Assembly: GCA_963837465.1 (NCBI GenBank)
Contig: CAWINB010000004.1
Span: 266,853-330,852 of the forward strand
Reading direction: 5' to 3'
Source of the DNA: Candidatus Doudnabacteria bacterium
Lineage (GTDB): Bacteria > Patescibacteriota > Doudnabacteria > UBA920
Length of the DNA: 64,000 bases
Numbering within the stretch: the stretch's first letter is position 1; each line of letters begins with the position of its first letter. Under the pieces are notes generated by a model. It did not search any database. It saw nothing but the letters and a program-made list of their open reading frames with translations, and had not been told where the DNA came from. Of the stretch, positions 28,860 to 39,187 are shown piece by piece. A program made the position numbers and the translations under genes.

Positions 28860-29025
28860 AAGAAACAGTCCAAAAAGTTCATTTCGGCTGTAATCCCATA
28901 ATTTCGGCTGTTTGTCATAAAAATTTTTTCCGCTTAGCTCTCTGGCTAAACATCAAAAATTCTTTATGCCAATCGTCACGTAATTCTGGAATTCCATCAC
29001 GAAAGCGACTTTCCGCGCTGTTTCT
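28860..29025. repeat. 166-bp MITE-like intergenic repeat, copy 1, with 7-8 bp terminal inverted repeats (agaaacag...ctgtttct)
   Basis: About 95% identical to 49215-49380. The element starts agaaacag and ends ctgtttct. Confidence 0.7.
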
Positions 29026-29079
29026 AAAACCAGCGGTGATATCCCACCTTTTATTAAGAGGGAAATTAACTTTACAACA

Positions 29080-29682
29080 ATGCCCAAAAAGGAAAAAACC
29101 TCATTTTTTGGAAAAATTATGGGCGGTAACGTAACCGAAGACAATATGAGCCAAAATGTAACTGTTTCACAATATCAAAGCGAACCCCTGGAAGCCGAAG
29201 AGCTTGCTCCGGATGATGTCGTGGAAGACCAGGAATTGGAAATGGAAGAAGAGCAACAGCGGGAAGTTCCGGTAAGGCAGCCTGTTAAAGAACCCCAGGC
29301 TAACGGTAATGGCAACGGCAACGGCAACAACGAGGAATGGCTAAACGATTTTGAAGGCCAGCTTAATATAGACATGTACCAGACCAAGGACAATGTCATT
29401 ATTAAATCCACTATTGCCGGCGTGCGCCCCGAAGACATAGATATTACGGTGGCCAACGATATGGTGACAATAAAAGGCAGCCGCAAGAAAGAAGAAAACA
29501 TCGCCCAGGATGACTACTTTTACCAGGAATGCTACTGGGGCAATTTCTCCCGCTCGGTAATAATCCCCGTAGACATAGACAGCGAACAAATTGAGGCGGA
29601 TTTAAAAGATGGAATCTTAACCGTAATTATTCCCAAGGCGGCTAAGGCGAAGACGAAGAAGGTTAAGGTTAAGGGAATGTAA
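29080..29682 (+). CDS. Hsp20/alpha-crystallin family small heat-shock protein with acidic N-terminal extension
   Basis: The C-terminal 100 aa form an alpha-crystallin domain (...VRPEDIDITVANDMVTIKG..ADLKDGILTVIIPK). An NGNGNGNGN linker is present. Confidence 0.8.
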   Translation: MPKKEKTSFFGKIMGGNVTEDNMSQNVTVSQYQSEPLEAEELAPDDVVEDQELEMEEEQQREVPVRQPVKEPQANGNGNGNGNNEEWLNDFEGQLNIDMYQTKDNVIIKSTIAGVRPEDIDITVANDMVTIKGSRKKEENIAQDDYFYQECYWGNFSRSVIIPVDIDSEQIEADLKDGILTVIIPKAAKAKTKKVKVKGM

Positions 29683-29744
29683 TAGCTGGACGGAATACAC
29701 GGATAGGGCACAGAGGACACGGAAAAAAACGAAAATTTAGAGAA

Positions 29745-29774
29745 AACCCCGCTCGTTACGGAGCGGGGTTTTAT
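29745..29774 (+). terminator. Rho-independent terminator after the Hsp20 gene
   Basis: aaccccgctcgttacggagcggggtt followed by ttat. Confidence 0.7.
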
Positions 29775-29786
29775 GATGGGTATTAT

Positions 29787-30029
29787 CTATTTAGCCAGTA
29801 CAAAATTTTTTTGGAGCGGATGGGGTAATTTTGCAAAAACCAACTTCTTTGCCTGGCTTAAAAATTTACTGGCTTCCAGAAGTTCGGTGAGAACAGGATT
29901 ATTTTTTTTATCAAAATGTACTATTAAATTACCCATTTCCTGAGCATATTCAATAGGCTGCTTACCGGTTTCCCACATAAGCACGTCAGCTTCGGGTTCG
30001 TATGAAATTTTAATTTTTTGCTTCTTCAT
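29787..30029 (-). CDS. DUF2283-like small protein (putative antitoxin partner)
   Basis: KISYEPEADVLMWE matches the DUF2283 pattern. The ATGA overlap with the upstream ORF indicates translational coupling. Confidence 0.5.
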   Translation of the reverse strand: MKKQKIKISYEPEADVLMWETGKQPIEYAQEMGNLIVHFDKKNNPVLTELLEASKFLSQAKKLVFAKLPHPLQKNFVLAK

Positions 30030-30274
30030 AAATATTGTTTCGCGCGGCCCGGATAAAATGTAATAACTTTAAAATTTCCAGCCTCTCGTTTATATACTAC
30101 CCGTAAAACATGAGTTTTGTCAATTTTTCTCTGGGCGATAAATAAAGGCAGTCTGGATAAATCACGAGAATCCGGATTTATAACGGTACGCGCTACCTGC
30201 AGTTTGGAAACTAAAAATTTATGGCGTTTTAAGATATTGAATTTTTCAGTCGCGTGTTTGGTAAAAACAATCAT
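30026..30274 (-). CDS. DUF4258-like small protein (putative toxin partner)
   Basis: 82 aa, overlapping stop/start with the DUF2283-like ORF. This pairing is recurrently reported as a two-gene module. Confidence 0.5.
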   Translation of the reverse strand: MIVFTKHATEKFNILKRHKFLVSKLQVARTVINPDSRDLSRLPLFIAQRKIDKTHVLRVVYKREAGNFKVITFYPGRAKQYL

Positions 30275-30405
30275 ACTCTAATTTTAACACAAAAAAAATG
30301 CCCTGTACCATCCATCCTCGCGGATTTTGGTACAGGGCGAGACTTTCGCTTACGGTTAACATCGGGGCTTTGGCGTCGGTAAAACTGTGATTTGGATTTA
30401 TTCAG

Positions 30406-31002
30406 CTAAAACCACTTACCAGTACTTTCAGAGTATAGGTTAAAGTTTTCATCCAGCTCGAGTCCGTAGCCGCTGAAGTCGTAGCCGTCTTCCGTTTTCC
30501 AAAGTTTGAGCCACGACTGGCCACGATACAGGAATTGCATGTCAATCAGTTTGATATTGCCGTCTTTTACAAATCGCATTAGCGCATCATGGAATAACGC
30601 GCCGACATCGCCTTTCCTTAGAGTAATCTGGCTACCAAGCGGGAAATCGGGGATTCTTCTCGCTTCAGACCAACAACCATCACTCCAAGAATTGGCTCTG
30701 AGGCTGTTTTCTTTTTGAGAGGTGTAAGCAGTATATCTGATAGAGCAAGGAGAAAATCCTATTTCTTCCAATCCGCTCCCCCTGTTGGTAAAGATCACCT
30801 TGCGGTAATAAGTTGGTTCGTGGTGCTCTGGTCGAAAAAGAAGTCGAAGAGTGGTGTGCCCGAACTTAATTGTTGGGTTGTCGATGAATTCTCGCTTTGA
30901 GTTCCACCACTCATTTAGGTAATAAATAATAGCTTGTGGCCATTCATTGGACGGAAATCGTCGCGAACCTGCTACTACGATGGAAAGACCCGGTTTATTC
31001 AT
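30406..31002 (-). CDS. Hypothetical protein
   Basis: 198-aa ORF, Trp/Arg-rich, no recognised motif. Confidence 0.45.
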   Translation of the reverse strand: MNKPGLSIVVAGSRRFPSNEWPQAIIYYLNEWWNSKREFIDNPTIKFGHTTLRLLFRPEHHEPTYYRKVIFTNRGSGLEEIGFSPCSIRYTAYTSQKENSLRANSWSDGCWSEARRIPDFPLGSQITLRKGDVGALFHDALMRFVKDGNIKLIDMQFLYRGQSWLKLWKTEDGYDFSGYGLELDENFNLYSESTGKWF

Positions 31003-31150
31003 ATTTCCTCCTAGTCTGTTAGAGTATCATTTACTTTTATCATTTATGTCAATTTTGTATGACCAGATTTATTAAAGCTTAGATTGGTGCTTTTAAAAAA
31101 AGGCTATTTATGTTAAAATTTAGTTGTCAGAATTATATGACATATAAAAT

Positions 31151-31912
31151 ATGGAAGAAGAACTGCAAAAATTGGGCTTAAATGAGCATGAGGCCAGGGT
31201 TTATTTGGCAGCTTTGGGTTTGGGGGCTTGTTCGGCCGGGCAGATAGCCGAGCAAACAGGCATAAAACGGCCAACGGTTTATTTGGCTTTGGAAAATTTA
31301 AGCAAACAGGGATTAATGTCGGAAAGTTTTGCCGGAAAGAAAAGGTTGTTTGAGGCGGAGAAACCGCAGAAATTGGAGAAGTTGACCAAGCGGATGCGGC
31401 GGCAGGTTGTGGACGCGGAAATTTTATTGGAAAGTATTTTGCCGGGACTTATTAACCTGCCAAAACAATACGCCGAGGAGCCAAAAGTAAGTTTTTATTC
31501 CGGGATTGAAGGCTTAAAAAATATCGCCCTGGAAATATCCGCCTGTAAGTCTTCCTGGTATTTTTTTGGCTCCGGCGCGAAAATTTTGGAAAAATTAATT
31601 AAGTCCAAACGAATGGATGTTTTGCATGATTCTTGGGCTTTGCGCAACAGCCCCAACCGTCCGAAAATTTACATAATTACCGACAACGGAGTTTTTGCTT
31701 TGGGGAAAGAATGGGAACAAACAAAAACCCCTTGGCGGGAGATGAAAATTTTGCCCGGTATTATTAATGTTGGTTCTGGCTTTATCATCTACGAAGATAA
31801 ACTGGCTGTGTTGAGCCTAGAAAATAAACCTTTTGTAGCAGTAATAAAAAGTAAGGAAGTTGTGGAAGTGGTTAAGGTTATGTACCAGTTGATTTGGAAA
31901 AGCCTGGTATAA
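31151..31912 (+). CDS. TrmB-family HTH transcriptional regulator (second copy)
   Basis: LNEHEARVYLAALGLGACSAGQIAEQTGIKRPTVYLALENL, same domain layout as the 2110-2853 gene. Confidence 0.65.
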   Translation: MEEELQKLGLNEHEARVYLAALGLGACSAGQIAEQTGIKRPTVYLALENLSKQGLMSESFAGKKRLFEAEKPQKLEKLTKRMRRQVVDAEILLESILPGLINLPKQYAEEPKVSFYSGIEGLKNIALEISACKSSWYFFGSGAKILEKLIKSKRMDVLHDSWALRNSPNRPKIYIITDNGVFALGKEWEQTKTPWREMKILPGIINVGSGFIIYEDKLAVLSLENKPFVAVIKSKEVVEVVKVMYQLIWKSLV

Positions 31913-31950
31913 TATTTGACTTTGTTTGTTGATGCGTCTAAAGTATTAGT

Positions 31951-32163
31951 ATGACACAGGCGATTATTACAAAAATCGACAAAGGTTCGGTGGCTTTGCC
32001 CAAGGCTTGGAAAGGCAGCAAGGTATTTTTGCGTGTCACAGGCGACCGGGCGACTATTACCAGACTGAATAATTCAAAAGCGATTTTTTCCGCCGATGAA
32101 GTAAAAGACTTGCGGAAACTGGGAAATAAAGTTAGCGAGTCGGTACTTAAAAAATTCTTGTAG
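31951..32163 (+). CDS. Small putative antitoxin (AbrB/SpoVT-like swapped-hairpin candidate)
   Basis: 70 aa, 8 nt upstream of the PIN-domain gene. Confidence 0.4.
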   Translation: MTQAIITKIDKGSVALPKAWKGSKVFLRVTGDRATITRLNNSKAIFSADEVKDLRKLGNKVSESVLKKFL

Positions 32164-32170
32164 ACGTAAT

Positions 32171-32599
32171 TTGTTTATGAAAGTTGTGGCTGACACGAAC
32201 GTAGTTGTTTCAATGCTGCTTTGGGGTAAATCCTTAGAGCGGCTTTTTGTTATGGTTAATAACAGGAAGATAATTTTGTGTTTTTCCCCTGCTACGGTTG
32301 ACGAGCTGTTTCGGGTTATCCATTATCCAAAAATAATCAGGCAGGCTGACAAGTTGGCGGTTCCTGTTGAAGCCCTGGTTGACAAGCTGCTTACCTTTTC
32401 TTTTATATGTCATCCGAAGACAAAAATTACAAAAATATCCGAAGACGAAAGCGATAACAGAATATTGGAAACTGCCTTAACGTCCAATGCCTACTGTATT
32501 ATTTCCGGTGATGGTCACTTATTGCAGCTAAGAAATTATAAAGATATCCCTATTTATTTACCCGCCCAATTTTTACGATTGGTTTCTTATGGTGCATAA
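32171..32599 (+). CDS. PIN-domain protein (putative VapC-like toxin)
   Basis: N-terminal VVADTNVVVS, and later ...TALTSNAYCIISGDGHL, giving the acidic residues of a PIN fold. Confidence 0.6.
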   Translation: MFMKVVADTNVVVSMLLWGKSLERLFVMVNNRKIILCFSPATVDELFRVIHYPKIIRQADKLAVPVEALVDKLLTFSFICHPKTKITKISEDESDNRILETALTSNAYCIISGDGHLLQLRNYKDIPIYLPAQFLRLVSYGA

Positions 32600-32720
32600 G
32601 TTATTTTAGACAGCCTTAGGTTTTGGCTAAGGAAAATGCCAGTTTTAACTTAAGTAAAAAAAATGCTAAAATGAGGAAGACTTTTATCTAGCGGAAATAA
32701 ACTGCATTTTCAAAACCAAT

Positions 32721-34977
32721 ATGGCTAAGCGGAAAAAAATACAGGATAAAGAAGGCAGAAAAAAAACCAAACCTGCTCTTAATCTTTCGTACGAGACCAA
32801 GCGCGGGATTATGGTGGTGGTGTTCGTGGTTTTGGCGCTGGTTGCGGTTTTAAGCATCGCCGGGGTTGCGGGGAGTTTGGGCCAGGAGATGCTATGGGGA
32901 TTGTCGCTGGTGTTTGGGCTTATGACTTACGTGGTCCCCTTGATTTTGCTCAGCGTGGCTGTGTCCATATATAAGCAGGATTTGGAAAGACAGGGCCGCG
33001 GCCACAATTTTTACTGGCGCATTTATTTGGGCGCCCTGATTTTGGCAGGCAGTATTGCCGGTTTAGTTCACATTTTTTATTTAAACAGCCAAACCGACGC
33101 GTTTGCCCTAGCCGCCCAGGGAAGAGGCGGCGGCTATTTGGGGGCGGTTTTTTCGTCCCTGCTTTATGTCCACTTGGGTTTTTGGGCCGGTTGTTTGATT
33201 TTATTGGCTTTGGTTTTAATAGGTATGCTGGTGACGTTTGATGTGCCGCTTGGGTCGTTGTGGCCGAAGTCGGAAGAGAAAGAAAATATAGAAGACAGAA
33301 TAAAGAAGACAGAAGACAGTGAATCGGTGGCGGATGTTAAGCTCGCGCCGTTAAAAATCAATGCCATGGGCAAAGAGGGTTTTATTGAGGAAAAGGTTAT
33401 GGATAAAAATCCCAAACTCGCGGATAATAACCTTAAAGAAGATGTTAAATTAAAAACCCAGACCATCCAAACCAAAGCCATCAACACTCCCAAAAACCAG
33501 GCGGTGCAATTGGAGGCTATGACCGTGGAAGACCGCAAAGACTGGAAACTGCCTAATTTTGATATTTTAGACGATAATCATACCGAAGTGGACAGCGGCA
33601 ACATAGAAGTCAACGTGGCCATAATTAAAAAAACCCTGTCCGACTTTGGCATAGAAGTGGAAATGGGCGAGGTTAACGTTGGGCCGACTGTTACGCAATA
33701 CACCCTGCGTCCCGCTACCGGCGTAAAATTGTCGCAAATCGCCGGCCTGCAAAATGATCTGGCCCTGGCTTTGGCCGCTTCCAGCCTGCGTATGGAACTG
33801 CCCATTCCGGGCAAGGCTTTAGTCGGCATAGAAGTCCCGAATAAATCCACGGCCATTGTCCGTTTGCGGGAAGTTATGCAGACCGAAGGTTTTGTTAGCC
33901 ATAAAAGCAAACTGGCCCTGGCTTTGGGCCGCGATGTGGCCGGACATGCTATGGTGGTGGATTTGGCTAAAATGCCGCATTTGCTTATTGCCGGCGCCAC
34001 GGGCACGGGTAAAAGCGTAGCCATTAACAGCCTGTTTATTTCTTTGCTTTACCGCAATACGCCACAGGATGTAAAGTTTATAGTCATTGATCCAAAGCGG
34101 GTGGAAATGACTCCTTACAACGGCATCCCGCATTTGCTGACACCGGTTGTCATTGACCACGAAAAAGCCGTTAACGCGCTAAAGTGGGCGGTGGCCGAAA
34201 TGGACAGGCGCTACAAACTTTTATCCGAAGCCGGCAAGCGCAATATTTCGGAATATAACGAGCACGCGCCCCTGCCAATGCCTTATATCGTGATTTTGGT
34301 GGATGAGCTGGCGGATTTGATGGCCGTGGCTCAAGCCGATGTGGAAGCCACAATCGTACGCTTGTCGCAAATGGCGCTGCGCCATAGGCATCCATTTGGT
34401 TTTAGCCACCCAGCGGCCGTCGGTTGAGATTATCACCGGGCTGATTAAAGCCAACATTACTTCGCGCGTAGCATTTGCCGTGGCTTCGCAAATAGACAGC
34501 CGTACCATTTTGGATTCCTCGGGAGCGGAAAAATTGCTGGGCAACGGCGACATGCTGTATACATCCGCTGAATTTAACAAACCCAAGCGCGTGCAGGGCG
34601 CCTACATTGGCGAAAAGGAAGTTAAAAAAGTGGTGGATTTTTTTAAGGCGCAAACCGGAGCTGTTATTTACAACGAGGAAATTGTGGAAAAACCCAAAAG
34701 GCCCTTGGGTATTCCGGGTATGGAAAGCGAAGACGGCGGCGATAATGACCCGCTTTTGGCGGAAGCCACGGAGGAAGTCAAACGGGCCGGCAAAGCGTCA
34801 GCCTCTTTACTGCAAAGACGTCTGCGCGTAGGCTACGCCCGGGCCGCCCGACTGTTGGATATTATGGAACAAAAAGGCATAATCGGTCCCGGCGAAGGCG
34901 CCAAGCCGCGGGAAGTTTACGGCGTGATTCCGCCGGATGAAAAAGCGGAGTACGGGATAGAAGAGGGGATGCGGTAA
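32721..34977 (+). CDS. ftsK: DNA translocase FtsK/SpoIIIE, split by an apparent frameshift near 34375-34395
   Basis: N-terminal transmembrane helices, Walker A AGATGTGKS, Walker B ILVDELADL. Frame 3 stops at 34427 after RLSQMA. Frame 1 continues with GIHLVLATQRPSVEIITGLIKANI and the C-terminal gamma domain. Confidence 0.8.
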
Positions 34978-35045
34978 TTTCAAATTTCAAATATCAAAAC
35001 AAAAGCCGGCCGACCCAATATCAAAATTAAGGCATCGCGTCCGCA

Positions 35046-35086
35046 TTTGTAATTTTCCGCCGGAGGTGGTTCCGCCTTTGGCGGAG
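35046..35086. repeat. GGATCC-family palindrome, copy c (degenerate, centre ggttcc)
   Basis: ttttCCGCCGGAGGTGGTTCCGCCTTTGGCGGag, flanked by inverted atttcaaat/atttgaaat motifs. Confidence 0.65.
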
Positions 35087-35110
35087 ATATTTGTAATTTG
35101 AAATTTTGTC

Positions 35111-36067
35111 ATGATTTTTGAAAAGAAGAAAATAAGAATCGAAACCTTAAGCGAATATTTGGCCGAAGCCAGGCGCGATTTAAACCTGAGCCTTGAACAA
35201 GTCGCCCAAAAAACATCCATTAAGCCGGAATTTTTAAATGCCCTGGAAAGCGGCCAGTTTAAAATTTTGCCAGCCGATGTTTATGTATTCGGCTTTTTAA
35301 GTCGGCTGGCGGAAATTTACTCCGCCAACTCCAGGGAACTGATTGCCCAGTATCAAAAAGAAAAAGGCATCCAGCGGCAGATTGGGAAGATTGATAGCCC
35401 GATCGGGTTGCCGTGGTATAAAAAATACTTCGGACGAATAGTGGTCACGCCCAAGCTCGTAACCTTGTTTTTAGGCCTGGCCTTCGTGGCTTTGACAGTG
35501 GTTTATATTGTTTGGCAGGTTTTTTCCATCAACAAGACGCCGAACCTGAAAATATTTTCCCCGGCCAATAACAGCGTTATCCAGGGTTCCTCTCTGCGGA
35601 TTTCCGGCCAGACAGACTCCGGAATGACCGTATCCATAAACGGGGAAAAGATTTTTGTGGATAATCAGGGCAATTTTCAAACTCCGGTCAGCCTGACCCC
35701 GGGACCCAAGACTATTACTGTCACGGCCGAAAATCATTTTGGCAAATCTACCAGCCAAACTTTGAACGTCACAGGGGCGGAAACTGCCGCGACAAACACC
35801 GTATTCAGTTTAAAAGTTGATTTTACCGGACCGGTGACTTTAAACGTCGCGGCAGACGGCCAGCCTGGCCAAACCTTGAATTTTGGCAAAGGCGGGAGCG
35901 AAACTTTTACCGCCAGCCAGGAAATACTTCTTTCCACTTCGGATGCCGGAGCCACTATAATTACTTTAAACGGACAATCTTTGGGAGCTATGGGCAAGTC
36001 CGGGGAAAAATTAACCAATATTGCTTTTTCGCCCCAGTATAACCCCCCATCCGTCGGCCATAAATAA
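35111..36067 (+). CDS. RodZ-like protein (N-terminal XRE HTH, one TM, C-terminal beta-rich domain)
   Basis: The HTH LSLEQVAQKTSIKPEFLNALESG, a single transmembrane helix, then a Thr/Gly-rich C-terminal domain. Confidence 0.6.
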   Translation: MIFEKKKIRIETLSEYLAEARRDLNLSLEQVAQKTSIKPEFLNALESGQFKILPADVYVFGFLSRLAEIYSANSRELIAQYQKEKGIQRQIGKIDSPIGLPWYKKYFGRIVVTPKLVTLFLGLAFVALTVVYIVWQVFSINKTPNLKIFSPANNSVIQGSSLRISGQTDSGMTVSINGEKIFVDNQGNFQTPVSLTPGPKTITVTAENHFGKSTSQTLNVTGAETAATNTVFSLKVDFTGPVTLNVAADGQPGQTLNFGKGGSETFTASQEILLSTSDAGATIITLNGQSLGAMGKSGEKLTNIAFSPQYNPPSVGHK

Positions 36068-36214
36068 GCCAAGTTATCCACAATAATAAAATTGACAATA
36101 GGTGAACGTTCGTTTATAATGTAATAAATTAGCTATTTTAAAAATTAAACAACCATAAAATATGGCAAGTTATTGCTTTAAATACTGTCATGTTTATGCG
36201 CAAAATAGATCTTT

Positions 36215-37294
36215 ATGCCTAAGCAAACATCAAAAACACCTATTGCTGATTCCGGCAAGTGGAAGGCGGTTACGAGCGCCATTGACCAAATTCAGGAAAA
36301 ATTTGGCGCTGGCAGCATTATGAAACTTTCGGATTCCAAAACCATGGATGTTGAGTCCGTGCCCACGGGGAGCATTAGTTTGGATTTGGCTCTGGGCGTA
36401 GGCGGTATTCCCAAAGGCCGTGTTATAGAAATTTACGGTCCGGAAAGTTCGGGCAAAACCACTTTAACTTTACATATGATAGCCGAGGTGCAAAAGCGGG
36501 GGGGCTTGGCCGCTTTTATAGATGCTGAGCACGCTCTTGATCCGGAATATGCCAAGCGCATCGGTGTAAAACTGGAAGACTTGCTTATCAGCCAGCCGGA
36601 CAACGGCGAGCAGGCTTTGGATATTTGTGAAACTTTGGTTCGTTCCAATGGGCTGGACTTAATTGTCATAGATTCCGTGGCCGCGTTAACGCCCCGCAAT
36701 GAAATAGAAGGCGAAATGGGCGATAGCCATATGGGGCTTCATGCCAGGTTAATGTCGCAGGCCCTGCGAAAACTTACGGCCATTATAAGCAAAACCAACA
36801 CTACGGTTATTTTTATCAACCAAATTCGGATGAAGATTGGCGTAATGTTCGGTAATCCGGAAACCACCACTGGCGGCAACGCGCTAAAGTTTTACGCTTC
36901 GGTAAGGATAGAAGTGCGAAGGAGCGCGCAAATAAAAAACGGTGACAGAATTATCGGCAACCGGACCAAAGCCAAAATTGTAAAAAATAAAGTCGCTCCG
37001 CCGTTTAAGGTCGCGGAGTTTGATATTATGTACAACGAAGGGATTTCCGCGGCCGGAGACTTGCTGGATACGGGAGTATTGGTCGGAGCCATAGAAAAAA
37101 GCGGCAACACTTACAGCTTCGGCGACGTAAAATTCGGCGTCGGCAAGGAAGCCTCCAAGACATTTTTGAAAGAAAACGCCAAAGTCTTTAAAGATGTGGA
37201 CAAAGCCGTCCGCGACAAAGTAAAAGCCGGGGAAATACCCATGGCTCAAAAGCCCGCAGAGGAAGAAAGCGAAGAAGCCGAGGGTGAAAAATAA
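36215..37294 (+). CDS. recA: Recombinase RecA
   Basis: [13 protein letters not shown] Walker A, plus the L1/L2 loops. Full length with an acidic C-terminal tail. Confidence 0.95.
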   Translation: MPKQTSKTPIADSGKWKAVTSAIDQIQEKFGAGSIMKLSDSKTMDVESVPTGSISLDLALGVGGIPKGRVIEIYGPESSGKTTLTLHMIAEVQKRGGLAAFIDAEHALDPEYAKRIGVKLEDLLISQPDNGEQALDICETLVRSNGLDLIVIDSVAALTPRNEIEGEMGDSHMGLHARLMSQALRKLTAIISKTNTTVIFINQIRMKIGVMFGNPETTTGGNALKFYASVRIEVRRSAQIKNGDRIIGNRTKAKIVKNKVAPPFKVAEFDIMYNEGISAAGDLLDTGVLVGAIEKSGNTYSFGDVKFGVGKEASKTFLKENAKVFKDVDKAVRDKVKAGEIPMAQKPAEEESEEAEGEK

Positions 37295-37305
37295 TTTTGT
37301 ATTTG

Positions 37306-37339
37306 ACCTGAGGTTGTAATTTATAACCTCAGGTTTTTT
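37306..37339 (+). terminator. Rho-independent terminator after recA
   Basis: acctgaggtt..aacctcaggt stem followed by a T-run. Confidence 0.7.
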
Positions 37340-37355
37340 GATTAAAGCGCTAAGA

Positions 37356-37901
37356 ATGAAAAACAAAAATCAAAATTTAAGAATGGAGTTAACGGTTCCG
37401 ATAGAATTAATTGAGCGGCGGATTTATGTTATCCGTGGTCAGAAAGTCATGCTTGATCAGGATTTGGCTTTGCTTTATCAGGTGGGGGTTAAAGTCTTAA
37501 ACCAGGCAGTGAGGAGAAATATTTACAGATTTCCCGGTGACTTTATGTTTAAGCTCAGCTTAGCGGAAACTAAATTTCTAAGGTCACAAATTGTGACCTT
37601 AGAAACAGGACGGGGAAGATATTCTAAGTATTCTTTTTACGCTTTTACAGAACAAGGAGTAGCCATGTTGTCGTCGGTATTAAGAAGTCCCAGAGCAATT
37701 TCCGTAAACATTGCTATCATGCGGGCCTTTGTTAAGCTTAGGGAAATTATGTCCACGCATAAGGATCTGGCCAGGAAAATGGAAAAGCTTGAACAAGGAC
37801 AAAAGAAACAACAATTGGACATCGCCCTAATTTTTAAAGTTATTGAAAAGTTCCTAAAAACCCCTCCAAAATCCCAAACTACAATTGGTTTTAGGACTTA
37901 A
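37356..37901 (+). CDS. ORF6N-domain DNA-binding protein (KilA-N-like)
   Basis: IRGQKVMLDQDLALLYQVGVKVLNQAVRRNIYRFPGDFMFKL matches the ORF6N consensus. The ATG at 37356 is preferred over the upstream TTG. Confidence 0.6.
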   Translation: MKNKNQNLRMELTVPIELIERRIYVIRGQKVMLDQDLALLYQVGVKVLNQAVRRNIYRFPGDFMFKLSLAETKFLRSQIVTLETGRGRYSKYSFYAFTEQGVAMLSSVLRSPRAISVNIAIMRAFVKLREIMSTHKDLARKMEKLEQGQKKQQLDIALIFKVIEKFLKTPPKSQTTIGFRT

Positions 37902-37994
37902 TTTTTGTAAAAATAGGAATTAGACAACTTTTGTCTTCTAAATAAAAGTATTATAATATCTTTACGTGACAAGCAATTAATAACTTTATGAACC

Positions 37995-39032
37995 ATGTAT
38001 AAGTACTATTTTTCCATTGATTACTCTGAAGGTGCTCATCCGAGCATCATAGATTTACTGAGCAAAACGAACCTTGAGCAGGAGCCGGGTTATGGCGAGG
38101 ACAAATTTTGTGAGCAGGCAAAAGGGTTAATTAAAAAGGCTTTAGGCGGTACAGATCCGGACATTCATTTTGTAACTTCGGGTACCCAAGCCAATATGGT
38201 TGTCCTATCTTCAATCCTAAGGCCTTATGAATCAGTCATCGCTCCGGAGTCCTCACATATCAATGTACATGAAACCGGAGCTATAGAAGCCACAGGTCAC
38301 AAGATTAATCTTGTGACTACTCTAGACGGCAAATTAACTGTTGATATGATTAGGAAGGTTGTAGAGGAGCACAACTTTGACCAGATGGTAAAACCGAGGG
38401 TTGTGCATTTAACACATCCTACCGAACTTGGAACAATTTATAACAAAACCGAGCTCATAAATATTTCCAAATACTGTCACGAAAACGGCTTATATGTCTA
38501 CATTGATGGTGCGAGATTGGCTATGGCTATAGAAAGCCACGATTCAGATTTAACATTGCCGGAAATATCCAAGTTAGTAGATGTATTTTATATTGGGGGT
38601 ACTAAAAATGGCGCATTGATAGGCGAAGCTATTGTTATTAACAATAATGAACTAAAAGAAAACTTTAGGTATCATATGCGACAGCGAGGCGCTTTGCTTT
38701 CCAAAGGCAGGGTCTTAGGCATACAGTTTGTCGGTTTATTTACTGATGACTTATATTTTAAGCTAGCTAAACATGCCAACGATATGGCAACAAAATTGTC
38801 AGAAGCTATTAAAGGATTTGGATTTGGTTTTTTAACAACTACCCAGGCCAATCAGGTTTTTCCTGTTCTACCTAATGATCTCATTTCTAAATTAGAAAAA
38901 ATGTATGCCTTTTTCGTTTGGAGCAAAGTGAATGAAAATCATTCTTCTGTCAGACTAGTTACATCATGGGCCACGAAAGAAACGATGGTCGAAGAGTTTA
39001 TTAAAGACCTGCAGAAGTTAATAAAAAAATAG
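37995..39032 (+). CDS. Low-specificity threonine aldolase / beta-eliminating lyase family PLP enzyme
   Basis: TSGTQANMVVLSS and a later GGTKNG PLP-lysine region typical of threonine aldolase. Confidence 0.65.
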   Translation: MYKYYFSIDYSEGAHPSIIDLLSKTNLEQEPGYGEDKFCEQAKGLIKKALGGTDPDIHFVTSGTQANMVVLSSILRPYESVIAPESSHINVHETGAIEATGHKINLVTTLDGKLTVDMIRKVVEEHNFDQMVKPRVVHLTHPTELGTIYNKTELINISKYCHENGLYVYIDGARLAMAIESHDSDLTLPEISKLVDVFYIGGTKNGALIGEAIVINNNELKENFRYHMRQRGALLSKGRVLGIQFVGLFTDDLYFKLAKHANDMATKLSEAIKGFGFGFLTTTQANQVFPVLPNDLISKLEKMYAFFVWSKVNENHSSVRLVTSWATKETMVEEFIKDLQKLIKK

Positions 39033-39090
39033 TACTCCAAATTTTTATCCAGGCAAAAAAGTTTATTATGTGCCTTAATCCCGTCTTCCA

Positions 39091-39120
39091 AAACCCGCCA
39101 TTATACAATGGCGGGTTTTT
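39091..39120 (+). terminator. Rho-independent terminator
   Basis: aaacccgcca..tggcgggttt followed by tt. Confidence 0.7.
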
Positions 39121-39187
39121 GATGCGGCAACGATATATTAAACAACAATTTTCCTGTTCAGGCGGCTTATGTTAGAATTAACCAGTT

